Of a stretch of 64,000 bases of DNA, positions 39,709-50,899 are shown one piece after another. The notes under the pieces were generated by a model, which was given only the letters and a program-made list of their open reading frames with translations, ran no database searches and was not told the DNA's origin. The position numbers and the translations under genes are program-made. This DNA is from Candidatus Bathyarchaeota archaeon (lineage in GTDB: Archaea > Thermoproteota > Bathyarchaeia > Bathyarchaeales > Bathycorpusculaceae): contig CAVYXJ010000007.1 of NCBI GenBank assembly GCA_963772455.1, positions 422,579-486,578 on the forward strand, read 5' to 3'. The number at the start of each line of letters is the position of its first letter. The first letter of the stretch is position 1.

Positions 39709-40503
39709 TTATGATAATCCTAAAACATCTGTCATACTGAAAACTTTTGGCTCATTTTGCTTAATTAACCATTCAGCAGCGAATACAGCCCCCTGAGCAA
39801 AAACATTACGTGAAAAAGCTGTATGTTCAAGTCGCAACATTTCGTAGGGTCCAGCAACCATTACGTCATGAATTCCTGGAACGCCGCCGAGACGCATTGC
39901 AACCGATTCAAGTTCATCCGACTGACGTGGACTGATACCTTCCCTACCATATACGGTCTTTGTATAATTTCGAGTTTGAGAAATTATTTGCTCAAGTTTC
40001 TTTGCCGTTCCACTAGGTGCGTCTTTTTTTCCTGTGTGGTGGATTTCGCTTAAACTGAAATCGTACCCTTTCGGAAAAGCCTTGAGCGACTCTGTCAACT
40101 TGAAGAGGATGTTGACACCTACACTGTAATTTGGGGAAAATACGCATGGAACTTTGCCCGACATTGCGGCCACCATTAGTCGGTTTTGCTCTGGATTAAA
40201 GCCGGTAGTTCCAAGAACAATGCGTTTTCCGAGTTTTGCAACGATTGGAATGTTTATGATTTCGGCTGCCGGTATAGTAAAGCTAACATAAACGTCAGCA
40301 TCCCGAACAGCTTCGCCTAATCTGTCGGAGCTTAAAATTTTCGTGTCAGAATTTGCAATACCTAATTCGCAAAGGCTTTTTCCGACACATGAAGAGTTTG
40401 CTGCTTCTGTAGCGCCTACGATTACATGTCCTTTTGCTGTGGCTTCAGAAATGATCGCATTTCCCATTCTTCCTGCTGCACCAGCGACACAAAACCTAAG
40501 CAT
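39709..40503 (-). CDS. dapB: 4-hydroxy-tetrahydrodipicolinate reductase
   Basis: GAAGRMG, GTTG, EIHHTGKKDAPSGTA. Confidence 0.95.
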   Translation of the reverse strand: MLRFCVAGAAGRMGNAIISEATAKGHVIVGATEAANSSCVGKSLCELGIANSDTKILSSDRLGEAVRDADVYVSFTIPAAEIINIPIVAKLGKRIVLGTTGFNPEQNRLMVAAMSGKVPCVFSPNYSVGVNILFKLTESLKAFPKGYDFSLSEIHHTGKKDAPSGTAKKLEQIISQTRNYTKTVYGREGISPRQSDELESVAMRLGGVPGIHDVMVAGPYEMLRLEHTAFSRNVFAQGAVFAAEWLIKQNEPKVFSMTDVLGLS

Positions 40504-41533
40504 AAAAAAGTCCCTCCAGGTACTTCTTATTATAGAGGCGATCTTTTAGGTCTACACCAAAATAATCAGTGATTGGCTTGAAAATCTGTGGGTTACTTTC
40601 GTAAACCTTTCGCGCATTATTTAAAACGACATCTATTCCGTTTAGTGTCATTTTTCCCAGTGGTTGTCTGCAGGGTCCTGATGGCATTCCTAATATGTTC
40701 ATTAGCGTCTTGCAGGCAAGGGGGTTGCGGGCTTTGCATGTTACTGGACCATATGGTGTATCTTCTTGTGTTTTCACAGTAACGATGTTGAAGAGAGGTT
40801 GAAGTGCTTGGGAAATTACACTGGCAGCCTCCTCATTACCGTCTAAAACATAATGTACCATATCTGCAATGGCACCTGGCGCAATGTTAGAAACTACAGA
40901 TATAACTCCGCTTGCATCAATGTCGGGGGAAATCATCATCGTGTAAGTCTTGTCGTCGTCACCTGAGAGAATGTCAAAATCTTTTCCACATACTTGTCTG
41001 GTCAACTCCATATTCTTCAAGTCACCTGTAGCTTCTTTCACGCAACGAACGTTGGGGTATTGTTTATTGAGGATTGCAAGGTCTTGCGGAAAAAGTTGAG
41101 TGCCTGTCCTACCGGGGATAATGTAAGGTATTATTTGTACTTCTGGAAACTGGCTTGCGATGGGTTCTATGTATTCTCTTCGAATTTCCATTGAGCTTGG
41201 ACCGTTGTAGTATGGGTCAACTAGAAGGACACAATTTATGCCTGCATTTTGAGCGTGGGCTGTGCCATCGATGGCTTCTTGAGTCGAATTACTACCTGTG
41301 CCCGCAATAGTCAGACATTTGTTACTTGAGTACTCGTGTACTTTTTCGATGACTTTGCTGTGTTCGTTCCAATCTAGAGTTGGACTTTCGCCCGTTGTAC
41401 CTACGGCTAGTAAACCTTTGACGTCGTTTTTTATTTGGAAATCTACTATTTCCTGTAATCCCTCGTAATCGACTTCGCGATTACTTTTCATGGGAGTTAT
41501 TAATGCAGTATAACAACCGCTGAATGTCACCAT
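40496..41533 (-). CDS. dapA: 4-hydroxy-tetrahydrodipicolinate synthase
   Basis: GTTGES, PYYN, VKEATG, LSGDD. Confidence 0.93.
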   Translation of the reverse strand: MVTFSGCYTALITPMKSNREVDYEGLQEIVDFQIKNDVKGLLAVGTTGESPTLDWNEHSKVIEKVHEYSSNKCLTIAGTGSNSTQEAIDGTAHAQNAGINCVLLVDPYYNGPSSMEIRREYIEPIASQFPEVQIIPYIIPGRTGTQLFPQDLAILNKQYPNVRCVKEATGDLKNMELTRQVCGKDFDILSGDDDKTYTMMISPDIDASGVISVVSNIAPGAIADMVHYVLDGNEEAASVISQALQPLFNIVTVKTQEDTPYGPVTCKARNPLACKTLMNILGMPSGPCRQPLGKMTLNGIDVVLNNARKVYESNPQIFKPITDYFGVDLKDRLYNKKYLEGLFYA

Positions 41534-41655
41534 TTCAAATCCTCTCTATGATAGTGGATATTGTTAAAAGATTATTTAAGTTTTACGTTTTACACACAAT
41601 TTTTACTAAAATCGTAATTTAGTTGATCGTTGATGAACTTTATCCTTCGTCATCA

Positions 41656-41973
41656 TCATTTTTCAGAAGCAAGTAAAGACGCAACATAATATGCTGTAAA
41701 AGACCCTCCACAAACCCCATAAATCCCCGTCAGATAACCAACCGCATCCTCAAGAACTATGGCGGAAGGAATAACAGCTTTAAAATTATCAAACCTCAAA
41801 ATGTCAGTAAGCTGTCCACATTCTGTCTTAATGATCTTCAACTTAAGAAGCCTGGGACCAGATTGAAAAACAGCAATTTCGCCGGGTTTGGGGTTACCTT
41901 TTCTAATATCGATTGTTTTTTCGCCTTGTGATAACCATTGGAATACTTCTTTTTTTGCAAAAAACAGGGGCAA
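41656..41973 (-). CDS. ASCH/PUA-like domain protein
   Basis: GEKTIDIRKG (GxKxxxxR) motif. Confidence 0.7.
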   Translation of the reverse strand: MPLFFAKKEVFQWLSQGEKTIDIRKGNPKPGEIAVFQSGPRLLKLKIIKTECGQLTDILRFDNFKAVIPSAIVLEDAVGYLTGIYGVCGGSFTAYYVASLLASEK

Positions 41974-42091
41974 GTCTTGAGCACCTAAAATCTGCTGCCT
42001 CAGCTAGAAGATAAATCTTCAGTAGAAAATCAAACATCAAATAAGTAAAAATTGAAAAAAATAGATTGAAACGTAGAATACTTCTTGTTGC

Positions 42092-42289
42092 TTACCCTTT
42101 GCCCTTCTCTTCTTTGCCGAAGTATTTAGTCCACTTTAGTTTACGTGCGTCGCGTTTGAATGCTATGCTGCTTTTCTTGCATTTGCTGGAATCGAACCAT
42201 AGGATTGAGCCGTCGTTTTTAACGAACATCATGCCTGTGCCAGCTGGAAAATCAGCACCACAGAACGAACATTTTCTAGGTTTTGGCAT
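42092..42289 (-). CDS. rpl24e: 50S ribosomal protein L24e
   Basis: CSFCG, GTGMMFV, SSKC, KLKWT. Confidence 0.95.
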   Translation of the reverse strand: MPKPRKCSFCGADFPAGTGMMFVKNDGSILWFDSSKCKKSSIAFKRDARKLKWTKYFGKEEKGKG

Positions 42290-42304
42290 GACAAATTCTC
42301 CGGG

Positions 42305-42523
42305 TTATCGTGTAATTTTCTTAGCTTCTCTTTCTGTTTCTCGCAGCATCAGAATATCTTGTGCTCGCACTGGTCCTTTAACGTTGCGCGTAATGATTCT
42401 ACCTTTGTCTTTTCCTTCCATAATGCGGACGCGGACTTGAGTGATTTCGCCAGTTACACCTGTGCGACCTATGACTTGTATGACTTCTGAGGGTATCAGT
42501 TCTTCAGCTGCGTCTTTACTCAT
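42305..42523 (-). CDS. rps28e: 30S ribosomal protein S28e
   Basis: [22 protein letters not shown]. Confidence 0.96.
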   Translation of the reverse strand: MSKDAAEELIPSEVIQVIGRTGVTGEITQVRVRIMEGKDKGRIITRNVKGPVRAQDILMLRETEREAKKITR

Positions 42524-42903
42524 TACTGAGTTCCTCGTTTAACCTGATCGATTCTTGTAACGATTTCTTTGAGTAAGCCTGCTGCTTCTCCTTCTCTTAT
42601 AATGCAAGCTGCTGCACATGGAACATCGATACCGATGGATTTGCCGAGTTGTTCCTTGCTTGGTACGAACACGTATGGAATTTTTCTTTCGTCGCAGAGT
42701 AATGGTAGGTGTGCTATTACTTCCGGTGGGTCAACATCTTCTGCTATCACGACAAGTTTTGCTTGTGAGCGTTCAACAGCTTTTGTTGCCTCATTTGTTC
42801 CTTTCCTAACAGATCCTGATTTTGAAGCAATCGTTAGGGCTTCATAGGCTGCATCTACGATTTCTTTTGGTACTTCATATTTTACGTAAAATGGTTTAGA
42901 CAT
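42523..42903 (-). CDS. rpl7ae: 50S ribosomal protein L7Ae
   Basis: [21 protein letters not shown]. Confidence 0.96.
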   Translation of the reverse strand: MSKPFYVKYEVPKEIVDAAYEALTIASKSGSVRKGTNEATKAVERSQAKLVVIAEDVDPPEVIAHLPLLCDERKIPYVFVPSKEQLGKSIGIDVPCAAACIIREGEAAGLLKEIVTRIDQVKRGTQ

Positions 42904-43062
42904 ATTTCTTAGCCTCACCCTTTTAAGGCAGAATCTTATCCACACTTCTTATTTAAGAATCTTTCTCCCGAAAAACCCTAGCTTGAACTTTCAGCTTATA
43001 AACTATTTAGAAAACTTTATATAAACTGTTACGGGTTCCTACATGTTTTTCGAGAAGGGGAA

Positions 43063-43317
43063 TTGCGTTTGCAAAGATTGGGCAAAGTTTCAAATGTAAC
43101 TCCATCGCGAAACATGGTGGTAAAAACAGAAAACACCCCGAAAATGGGTTTTGAAGTTGCCGATGAGAACTTAAATGTGGTTGGCAGAGTTTTTGACATA
43201 ATAGGCCCTGTCTCAGCACCTTATGCAATAATTAAACCTAGCATTAAGGACCCTGAGAAACTATTGAATAAACCATTGTACTTGCTTCTCTCGAAAACAA
43301 AAAGGAGTAAAAGATGA
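43063..43317 (+). CDS. gar1: Gar1/Naf1 family H/ACA RNP protein
   Basis: [15 protein letters not shown]; directly upstream of tfb. Confidence 0.85.
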   Translation: MRLQRLGKVSNVTPSRNMVVKTENTPKMGFEVADENLNVVGRVFDIIGPVSAPYAIIKPSIKDPEKLLNKPLYLLLSKTKRSKR

Positions 43318-44291
43318 TGAGTAGAGCCAGCAAGTTAACGCAACCAATAAATCAAGACCAAACTACTCCAAAAGCTGAACCAGCCAAAGTTCAAGTGTGC
43401 CCCGAATGTGGCAGCACCCGACTTATGCGCGATTATGAATGCGCAGAAATAGTGTGCATGGACTGTGGTTTCGTTGTAGCCGCCAAAATAGCTGACCGTG
43501 GACCTGAATGGAGAGCTTTTGATGATGAGCAAAGGTCAAAGAGAACTCGTGTTGGAGCACCCCTAACATACACAATCCACGATAAGGGATTATCAACAAC
43601 AATAGATTGGCATGATCGAGACATCTATGGCAAAAGTCTCTCGCCAGGACAGAAAGCTCAAGTATATCGTCTAAGGAAGTGGCAGCGCCGCATCAGAGTC
43701 TCGGATGCAACTGAAAGGAACTTGGCGTTTGCACTCTCAGAAATTACAAAGATATCTAATAACCTAAACCTTCCAAAGAACATTCTTGAAACGGCCTCAG
43801 TTATTTATCGTAAAGCAGTAAAAGAGAAACTTATTCGAGGCAGATCAATTCAAGGCGTTACCTCAGCAGCGATTTATTTGGCATGTAGGCAATGCGGTTT
43901 ACCCCGAACCTTGGATGAAATTGCTCAATGTTCAGGGGTTAACAAAAAAGAAGTAGGACGGAGCTATCGTTTTCTAATCAGAGAGTTAAACTATTCAATT
44001 CCGCCACTGCGCCCGAGCCAGTATATAACAAAGTTCTCAAATCAACTTACGATGCAAGGAAAAGTCGAAGAAATTGCCCACAAAATCTTGGCTTCAGCAA
44101 AAGAATTAAAACTCACTTCAGGTAGGGGACCAACAGGCATTGCAGCAGCTGCGAGCTATGTTGCATCAGTCTTAACGGGTGAGCGAAAGACACAAAGAGA
44201 AATCGCTGAGATTGCACAAGTTACTGAGGTCACAATCCGGAACAGATACAAGGAACTTGTCGAACGATTAATGTTCCAAATAAGCATCTAA
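43314..44291 (+). CDS. tfb: Transcription initiation factor IIB
   Basis: CPECG/CMDCG Zn ribbon, GPEWRAF, two cyclin repeats, [12 protein letters not shown]. Confidence 0.97.
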   Translation: MMSRASKLTQPINQDQTTPKAEPAKVQVCPECGSTRLMRDYECAEIVCMDCGFVVAAKIADRGPEWRAFDDEQRSKRTRVGAPLTYTIHDKGLSTTIDWHDRDIYGKSLSPGQKAQVYRLRKWQRRIRVSDATERNLAFALSEITKISNNLNLPKNILETASVIYRKAVKEKLIRGRSIQGVTSAAIYLACRQCGLPRTLDEIAQCSGVNKKEVGRSYRFLIRELNYSIPPLRPSQYITKFSNQLTMQGKVEEIAHKILASAKELKLTSGRGPTGIAAAASYVASVLTGERKTQREIAEIAQVTEVTIRNRYKELVERLMFQISI

Positions 44292-44329
44292 TCTACGATG
44301 CTGTTTTTTTTTAATATTAAGGTTATCAT

Positions 44330-44620
44330 ATGTCTAATTACGACGAAAAAAATGCAAACCATCCAAAAATAGAAGCGCCAATTGATAAACTCGGAGAAAT
44401 TTTGTTAAATCTTAACCGGAACCTTTCCAATCTGCATCAGAAAATTGAAATAATAGATTCAAAACCTGAACTACAGAGCAGCATTAAGATTTATAAAAAA
44501 GATATTGAAACAAGAGCAAGTGAGTTGGAAGATGAAGTTAAATGGTTGCGGGAAGAACTAAAATCAATCCGTAACCTTTTAGGATTAAAGCTGCAGAGAA
44601 GCAATTCAGGCAAATCTTAA
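44330..44620 (+). CDS. Hypothetical coiled-coil protein
   Basis: 96 aa with heptad-like pattern. Confidence 0.5.
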   Translation: MSNYDEKNANHPKIEAPIDKLGEILLNLNRNLSNLHQKIEIIDSKPELQSSIKIYKKDIETRASELEDEVKWLREELKSIRNLLGLKLQRSNSGKS

Positions 44621-44668
44621 CTAATAATAAGTAATTTTTTTAAGTATGCACGTCGCTAATCCTAAGTT

Positions 44669-45283
44669 ATGCCCTATAAATTCACTTTCGACCTCTCAAA
44701 GGTGCCGCGTTTCTTTTTCACTGAGATTGCTTTGATTAGTTATCAGAAGGGCATGCACAAAAGTTTTCTGACAACACTTAATGATTTAATACTAAAATTT
44801 AAAATTCAGGAAGCAACTGGACTAAACCTTTCGGACGCAGTAGCATTGCTTCAGGACCTAATTGATTTACAAGCAATTAACAGTTTGGAAAGAGGTCGGT
44901 TTTTACAAACAAAAAAGAGAGCATTGTTCCTTCCACATTGCTCACGAAAATTCATGGATGGCCGCTGTAAATCAACATTCAACCCTGACATTCCATGTTA
45001 TACGTGTATGCATTGTTCTGATGATTGTATGGTTAACAAGGCAGATCAATATGCGAGAAAGAAAGGTTACGATGTTTTCTTGTTACCTGGGGGTTCATGC
45101 ATACCTAAGATAATTAAGAATAGTCGATATGAAGGCATTGTTGGAGTTGCGTGTGGCGAAGAAATGAAAATTATGGGTCCACTCATAAATGGTATGAACA
45201 TCACAGGACAAGGTATACCTTTATTGAAGAATGGATGTGCATGCACCATTTTTAATATGGATACGCTTAGAAAAGTCCTCTAA
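44669..45283 (+). CDS. DUF116 family protein
   Basis: LFLPHC, CxxC, PGGS, GVAC, PLLKNGC. Confidence 0.8.
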   Translation: MPYKFTFDLSKVPRFFFTEIALISYQKGMHKSFLTTLNDLILKFKIQEATGLNLSDAVALLQDLIDLQAINSLERGRFLQTKKRALFLPHCSRKFMDGRCKSTFNPDIPCYTCMHCSDDCMVNKADQYARKKGYDVFLLPGGSCIPKIIKNSRYEGIVGVACGEEMKIMGPLINGMNITGQGIPLLKNGCACTIFNMDTLRKVL

Positions 45284-45359
45284 CTCTTAAGCTGTACATA
45301 GTTTTATTTTAGCAAAACTTATAATGTTATGTCATGCCCAGAAGTATTGACTGATATTT

Positions 45360-45545
45360 ATGCCAGAAAAAAAAGCAGCAAAAAAATTGTTCCGAACCGG
45401 TGAGAAATGTCCAGAATCAGGTCTTTATGAGCATTTCTGTAAAAGTAAGGGTGAAAAGGCTAGGATTCCATTGTCTAAAACTGAAACTTTTCCGCCGTGC
45501 AGAACTTGTGGTTCGGTTAAGTGGGTTTTAGTAATGGCAGCATAA
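45360..45545 (+). CDS. YjzC-like small protein
   Basis: RTGEKCPESGLY...ETFPPC...W. Confidence 0.65.
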   Translation: MPEKKAAKKLFRTGEKCPESGLYEHFCKSKGEKARIPLSKTETFPPCRTCGSVKWVLVMAA

Positions 45546-45740
45546 ACCGCTGCTATTTGTTACTGTAGGCTCGAATGCTATTTTGAATTCTAACTGTGTA
45601 GATGGACCAATTCTAATTTGAGCGGCAACTTTTTTCGCTGTTTTTAATTATATTTTTCTAAGAAAATAGACTAAAGATAAAGAGAACTTGAGTAGTACAT
45701 TCTGTTTTGTGCAATATTAAATAGAAAAAAGTAAACTTTT

Positions 45741-45902
45741 TTACTTCACTATTTCACGTTTCTTCCAACGCAGGTTCTTGCCCTTGCATTTTCTGCATTT
45801 GAGCGCTGTTGCAGCATTACGTGAGCCACAGTCCCTGCAGATTTTCATGTACAGGCGGTGTTCTTGTGCTATGGCTTTTTTTACTGGGTCTAATATTGGC
45901 AT
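45741..45902 (-). CDS. rpl40e: 50S ribosomal protein L40e (not in ORF track)
   Basis: MPILDPVKKAIAQEHRLYMKICRDCGSRNAATALKCRKCKGKNLRWKKREIVK*. Confidence 0.93.
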   Translation of the reverse strand: MPILDPVKKAIAQEHRLYMKICRDCGSRNAATALKCRKCKGKNLRWKKREIVK

Positions 45903-46004
45903 TTTATTGTTAACCTTCCGTTTTGGCTAAGTCTTTGATGGTTAAGTATCAAATATACCTTTTGTCTAATCTTTTACATATTGTTTAAAAATAAAAATAT
46001 GTTG

Positions 46005-46472
46005 TTACTTGATCACTTCAATTGTAACGTATGAGCGAGTATCCTCTATTCCATCGATACTATACAGTTTCTTTAATACTTCATCGAGGTTTTCACGTTC
46101 AACAATGATTAAAGCATCCACTTCGCCTGCTATGCGGAATGCTCGTGAAACTGCTAGCTCATGAATTTGCTCGTAAACATGGATACGTTTGATAGGTGAA
46201 ACTTTGAGAAGTATAAAAGCTGGTGTTGTAGATACGCCCAAAGCGCTTAATCCTTTTTCTGTGACATCAATGAAGCCTCTTCCAGTGCGTATGTAACCCC
46301 TATTTTTAAGTTTACGCAAATGGACATTTAACGCTTGTCTGCTTACTCCCAATTGGTTAGATAATTCGTCTTGTTTTACCCTAAGCGTGTAGGTGTTTGT
46401 GGATTTTCCTTTTTCGTAGAGTGTTTTTAAGAGTTGGATTGAGCGTTTAGTTAATGGTTCCAATTTTGTCAC
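46005..46472 (-). CDS. Lrp/AsnC family transcriptional regulator
   Basis: HTH LGVSRQALNVHLRKL, RTGRGFID, RAM domain IAGEVD...TRSY. Confidence 0.8.
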   Translation of the reverse strand: MTKLEPLTKRSIQLLKTLYEKGKSTNTYTLRVKQDELSNQLGVSRQALNVHLRKLKNRGYIRTGRGFIDVTEKGLSALGVSTTPAFILLKVSPIKRIHVYEQIHELAVSRAFRIAGEVDALIIVERENLDEVLKKLYSIDGIEDTRSYVTIEVIK

Positions 46473-46804
46473 TTTTGTGTTGTTTTGTTAAGTTAAACCT
46501 TTACAAATAGTTGCAAGCTTCCTTAATAATCTGACTCTTAAATGCTAACTATATATGTCAACTATCAATCAAGAAAAAAAATACACCGTTATCTTCGAGT
46601 TTTTTTTTGTTTAAAATTATTTTTAAGAAGAACAAGTCAAAGATTAAAAAGAAATTCAGTTTCGACCAGCAAAGAACATGTAAATTACGCATTGTCTTTT
46701 ATTAAAACCACCGATTTTACTTTCAGCAATTACAGAAACTAAACACCACAATGTATTTATTTTGAAAAAAAGCTTAAGTCAAGCCACTTAAAAGTAAACT
46801 AGGA

Positions 46805-47104
46805 GTGAAGCGAACCGTGACGGAAAATGCCAGCGCAGTCTTAATAGGCAAAAAACCAATAATGAACTATGTCCTCGCATGCATCACGTTCTTCCACGGC
46901 GGAGCAAAAGAAGTCAGCATAAAAGCCCGCGGCAGATCCATCAGCCGAGCAATCGATGTTGCCGAAGTTGTTAGACATCGATTCCTTCCAGATGCTAAAA
47001 TTAAAAATATAAGCATTGGAACAGATCGATTCTTGCCTCAAGACCAAGAAGAAGGCAATACGGCAACAAATGTCAGCACTATTGAAATAACACTGGTAAG
47101 ATAA
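46805..47104 (+). CDS. albA: Chromatin protein Alba
   Basis: [34 protein letters not shown]. Confidence 0.95.
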   Translation: MKRTVTENASAVLIGKKPIMNYVLACITFFHGGAKEVSIKARGRSISRAIDVAEVVRHRFLPDAKIKNISIGTDRFLPQDQEEGNTATNVSTIEITLVR

Positions 47105-47150
47105 ATCACGCTTTAGCGAAACTCCTTCTTTGCAGGAAACAGAACCACAA

Positions 47151-47660
47151 ATGAAAACAGAACTATGCAGTTTCTGCTTAAAAAGCGGAATATTATGCCA
47201 AAAATGTTCAGCCAAAGTCAAAGCTGGCGAAATTAGCGATATAGATCTCAAAGTCGCTCGTATACTGCTCTCCCTAGAAGAGAAGTATCCATCCCTGCAA
47301 AACGTCTGCTTCTACAAGGCCGTTGAGGTTGAGAAAACCTTAGCCATACTCGTTGGACACGGAGATGTTCCGAAACTTTTGGGTTATGGTGGTAAAATCG
47401 TTAAAACCCTTGGTGATGAAACAGGCAAAAACGTTCGCGTATTAGAACATGGTGTTGATGATCGAAAATTCCTTGAAGACCTTTTTGTTCCTTTCAGTAT
47501 CTTAACGATCAACACTATCTGGCTTCCAGACGGAACAACTGAAACAAGAGTGATCCTTAAGAGGAAACGAGGCGCGCAATTGCCCTTTGACCTCAAAGCT
47601 CTGAAAGAAATTGCCATTAAAGTTCGAAAAATGTCTTTACGCGTTGAAATTGCAGATTAA
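47151..47660 (+). CDS. NusA-like KH-domain protein with N-terminal Zn motif
   Basis: CSFCLKSGILCQKC, LGYGGKIVK, WLPDG. Confidence 0.75.
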   Translation: MKTELCSFCLKSGILCQKCSAKVKAGEISDIDLKVARILLSLEEKYPSLQNVCFYKAVEVEKTLAILVGHGDVPKLLGYGGKIVKTLGDETGKNVRVLEHGVDDRKFLEDLFVPFSILTINTIWLPDGTTETRVILKRKRGAQLPFDLKALKEIAIKVRKMSLRVEIAD

Positions 47661-47662
47661 GG

Positions 47663-48994
47663 TTGGCAAACAGCATGAACTTGGACTCTATTGACGACTA
47701 TGTTAGAACTCACTATACAAATCAAGTAACTCCTGAAATTGATGGCCAGACAGTTACTCTTTTTGGCTGGGTCCAAGACATCCGAGACCTTGGCGGAATT
47801 CGTTTCATCATTCTGCAAGACCGTGAAGGAACAATTCAGTTAACTATTCCTAAAAAGAGAATATCTCCTGAAGTTTTAGCTAAATCTGACCTTTTGCAAA
47901 AGAGATTTTGCATCGGGGTTCAAGGAAATGTTAAAAAAACTAACATGACACCTCGAGGCATTGAAGTAATCCCAAGCGCATTTAAGATTTTTAACAGCGC
48001 CACTGATCAATTACCCCTTGACATTACTGGCAAGACCCCAGCGCTTATAGAAGCCCGACTAGATGCAAGACCCCTAGATCTTACCCAAGAACGAAGCATC
48101 GCTACATTCAAGGTTCAGCATACCGCGCTCGAAGCAATACGCACTTTCCTATTCGGGAAAGATTTTTTGGAGATTCATACTCCAAGAATCATTGCTTCTG
48201 CAACTGAAGGTGGTGCCGAATTATTCAGTATTGATTATTTTGGGCAAAAAGCATACCTTGCTCAGAGCCCGCAACTCTACAAAGAGGAATCTACACTAAG
48301 TTTTGAAAAGGTTTTTGAGGTTGGTCCTTTCTTCCGTGCTGAAGAATCGCATACCAGAAGGCACCTAAGTGAGTTCACTTCGGTTGACATTGAAGCAGCT
48401 TTTATGAACGCCACCGGTGTAATGACGCTTCTTGAAGAAGTCATCAATTACGCTTGCTCTGTCGTAAGAGAAAAATGTGCAAACGAATTGTCAGTTCTTG
48501 GCTACAAGTTTGAGGTCCCTGAAATTCCATTTAAACGTTTATCTTACGATCAAGTTCTTGAAGATTTGAAGAAACAGGATGTTACGATACAATGGGGCGA
48601 AGATATCCCAACCGAAGCTTTCAGGATTCTTGGCAAGCTTTACCCATTCTTTTATTTCATAACAGATTGGCCAACACATGCAAAAGCATTCTACATTAAA
48701 CCACGAGAAGACAAACCTGAAGTGTGTGAAGGTTTTGATTTAATGTGGGGTTATATTGAGCTGGTCTCAGGTGGAACTAGAATAGCTCAAAAAGATCAAT
48801 TAATTCAAAGACTACAAGAGAAGGGTTTGAATCCTGAATCGTTCAAGTGTCACTTGCAAGCCTACGATTATGGCATGCCACCTCATGCTGGTTGGGGATT
48901 GGGGCTTGAAAGGTTAACGATGATTTTAACTGGGAACAAGAACATAAGGGAAGTAACGCTTTATCCACGTGACAGAGTTAGATTAACGCCCTAA
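47663..48994 (+). CDS. aspS: Aspartyl-tRNA synthetase (likely non-discriminating)
   Basis: GWVQDIRDLGG, TEGGA, QSPQLYK, FRAE, GMPPHAG, PRD. Confidence 0.95.
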   Translation: MANSMNLDSIDDYVRTHYTNQVTPEIDGQTVTLFGWVQDIRDLGGIRFIILQDREGTIQLTIPKKRISPEVLAKSDLLQKRFCIGVQGNVKKTNMTPRGIEVIPSAFKIFNSATDQLPLDITGKTPALIEARLDARPLDLTQERSIATFKVQHTALEAIRTFLFGKDFLEIHTPRIIASATEGGAELFSIDYFGQKAYLAQSPQLYKEESTLSFEKVFEVGPFFRAEESHTRRHLSEFTSVDIEAAFMNATGVMTLLEEVINYACSVVREKCANELSVLGYKFEVPEIPFKRLSYDQVLEDLKKQDVTIQWGEDIPTEAFRILGKLYPFFYFITDWPTHAKAFYIKPREDKPEVCEGFDLMWGYIELVSGGTRIAQKDQLIQRLQEKGLNPESFKCHLQAYDYGMPPHAGWGLGLERLTMILTGNKNIREVTLYPRDRVRLTP

Positions 48995-49357
48995 GAGAGC
49001 ATCTAAGTCTGCATTTATCATTTTTATTTATATTTTTTTGTGTTTGGATAAGGAGAGGTTATCTTGGATTATTTCTCTATGAGAAGGATTTTTTTTTAAT
49101 ATCTTTTTGTGAGAAGAAGAAGAGTTGAATTTACATTTTTGGGGGAGGTCTTGGTTTGGGTTGCTTTTCTGATTTAGGATTCGGGGTGTTTGCAGGATGC
49201 GTCTGGAATAGTCATAGAACGTCTAGAAAAGTCAAAGTTGTAGAAGAAAAATCAAAAAAATGTGCCCTACTAGATGCAAATATGTTCAGACAACACATTC
49301 TTAGGTGTAAAACCAAAGTTTAGATTTTAGGATTGCTATATTGTTAATTACTTTTAG

Positions 49358-50809
49358 CTATATGTTGCTTTTAGATTGCTGAAAGAGATCATCAATGTAT
49401 TCGCTGACGGTTTTCTTGTGGTTTTTCGATATCCTCTTTATCGCATCATTTATTCCAGTGGAGTACTGAACAGCTTTCTTGGGTTTTTGCGCCATCGAAG
49501 CTAATAAACCAGCATTGAGCGCCATTTTCCTTAGCACAAGCTTTCGCAGTGTGTCAACTTTACTTTCGATTTTTAACTCAACAGGTAAACTAAGCGCAAA
49601 TTCCACTAAATCAAACGATGCAAAAGGCACGCGTAGCTCAACATTGTGGAACCCAGTAATTTTCATATCCCTCTCGAGGTTACTTTCATGAATCCTAATC
49701 ACATCACCAAACATTGTTTTCCTCACCGCTTCATTGCCTTCCTTACAGAATTCAGTAACATAGCGCTGATAGCCCCCGAAAAGTTCGTCTGCACCCTGTC
49801 CTGCCAACAAAACTTTAAAGTTGGCTTCAGCAGCCTTTTGTGCAACCCAATAAAACGGCACCCCGATACTTGCTTTAATTGGATCGGGCTCCTCGATTAA
49901 GCCTACAACTTTGGGCAATACTTCTTCGACATCGGAGTCTTTGAACAAATCTACTTGTAAGGGCAAATCGAGTTCTTCTGCAGCTTGTATGGCTTCTTCT
50001 GTTTCTGTTTGATTCTCCAAACTAACATGAAACAGGTTGACTTTTATGCCACATTTGTTTGCCAAAAAAGCTACCACGCTGCTGTCTAAGCCTCCTGAAA
50101 ACGCGACAGCGACCTCTTTTGAGCCGCGCACCCTCTGCATGATGGATTCTTCAAGTATTTTTTGGAGTTGCTTTGCGGCAGTATCTATCGTTATATGCTC
50201 GGGTTCTTTGTAAGTTAATGTTTTGATCGGTTTGAATTTGAAGCCTTCATTGTTAACAAACGCCAAGTTTCCCGGTGGAAATGACAGTGGATTTTCTACT
50301 CCGAGTTTCCAAAGGGCTTTTTTATTCGTGGAGAAGGCAGCGAGATCTCTGTTTTCCCCGTAATAGAGCGGTTGAACTCCGATTGGATCTCTTCCTGCAG
50401 CAACCCATCTGTTTTTGACCAAATAAAATGCGTAGTCTCCGTTCACTTGCTCCATCATTGTCTGGAGGTTGGCTTCGCAATTAAGTGGTTCCTTAACAAC
50501 TTGCTGAGTTACAGAGGTTTCAAGTATAGGTGAATAAACTCTTCCTTCAAAGAGCAACGCCTCATTATCCAGTTGCAATTGTTCATAGTCGCTAATTGAC
50601 TTGGGTTTTGAAGTAACGTAGCCTGCCGCAGTCGATGATTTTATTCCCTGTTTTTTAATTATTTCAACATTTTTTTCGAAAATGCATTTCTTTGGCGAAA
50701 TTAAACCAAAATGTGAAGGCAACCACAGATCAAACCCATTTAAAACGTCAAGAACTCTATCAACCGTGTTATCGCCATTCTTATCTAAAACTGCAACTGT
50801 AACTTTCAT
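49358..50809 (-). CDS. Asparagine synthetase-like protein
   Basis: RDPIGVQPLYY, FSGGLDSS, GQGADELFGGY, ELRVPF, KKAVQY. Confidence 0.8.
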   Translation of the reverse strand: MKVTVAVLDKNGDNTVDRVLDVLNGFDLWLPSHFGLISPKKCIFEKNVEIIKKQGIKSSTAAGYVTSKPKSISDYEQLQLDNEALLFEGRVYSPILETSVTQQVVKEPLNCEANLQTMMEQVNGDYAFYLVKNRWVAAGRDPIGVQPLYYGENRDLAAFSTNKKALWKLGVENPLSFPPGNLAFVNNEGFKFKPIKTLTYKEPEHITIDTAAKQLQKILEESIMQRVRGSKEVAVAFSGGLDSSVVAFLANKCGIKVNLFHVSLENQTETEEAIQAAEELDLPLQVDLFKDSDVEEVLPKVVGLIEEPDPIKASIGVPFYWVAQKAAEANFKVLLAGQGADELFGGYQRYVTEFCKEGNEAVRKTMFGDVIRIHESNLERDMKITGFHNVELRVPFASFDLVEFALSLPVELKIESKVDTLRKLVLRKMALNAGLLASMAQKPKKAVQYSTGINDAIKRISKNHKKTVSEYIDDLFQQSKSNI

Positions 50810-50899
50810 GAACTCTCACACCAAGCTTACTTGCATTGTGTAAGTGTTTGGTAAAACATTAATGTTTAATCTGCATATCCCTCTTTGAGGTTACAATAA

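Noticed and set aside
41625-41660. TGATGA motifs after the ASCH gene as a second C/D sRNA
   Set aside because: No properly spaced CTGA boxes; it is better read as a short inverted repeat
49131-49215. Pro/Lys-rich reading frame (QTHPANTPNPKSEKQPKPRPPPKM) on the - strand between aspS and the asnB-like gene
   Set aside because: No in-frame start and low complexity; support is insufficient
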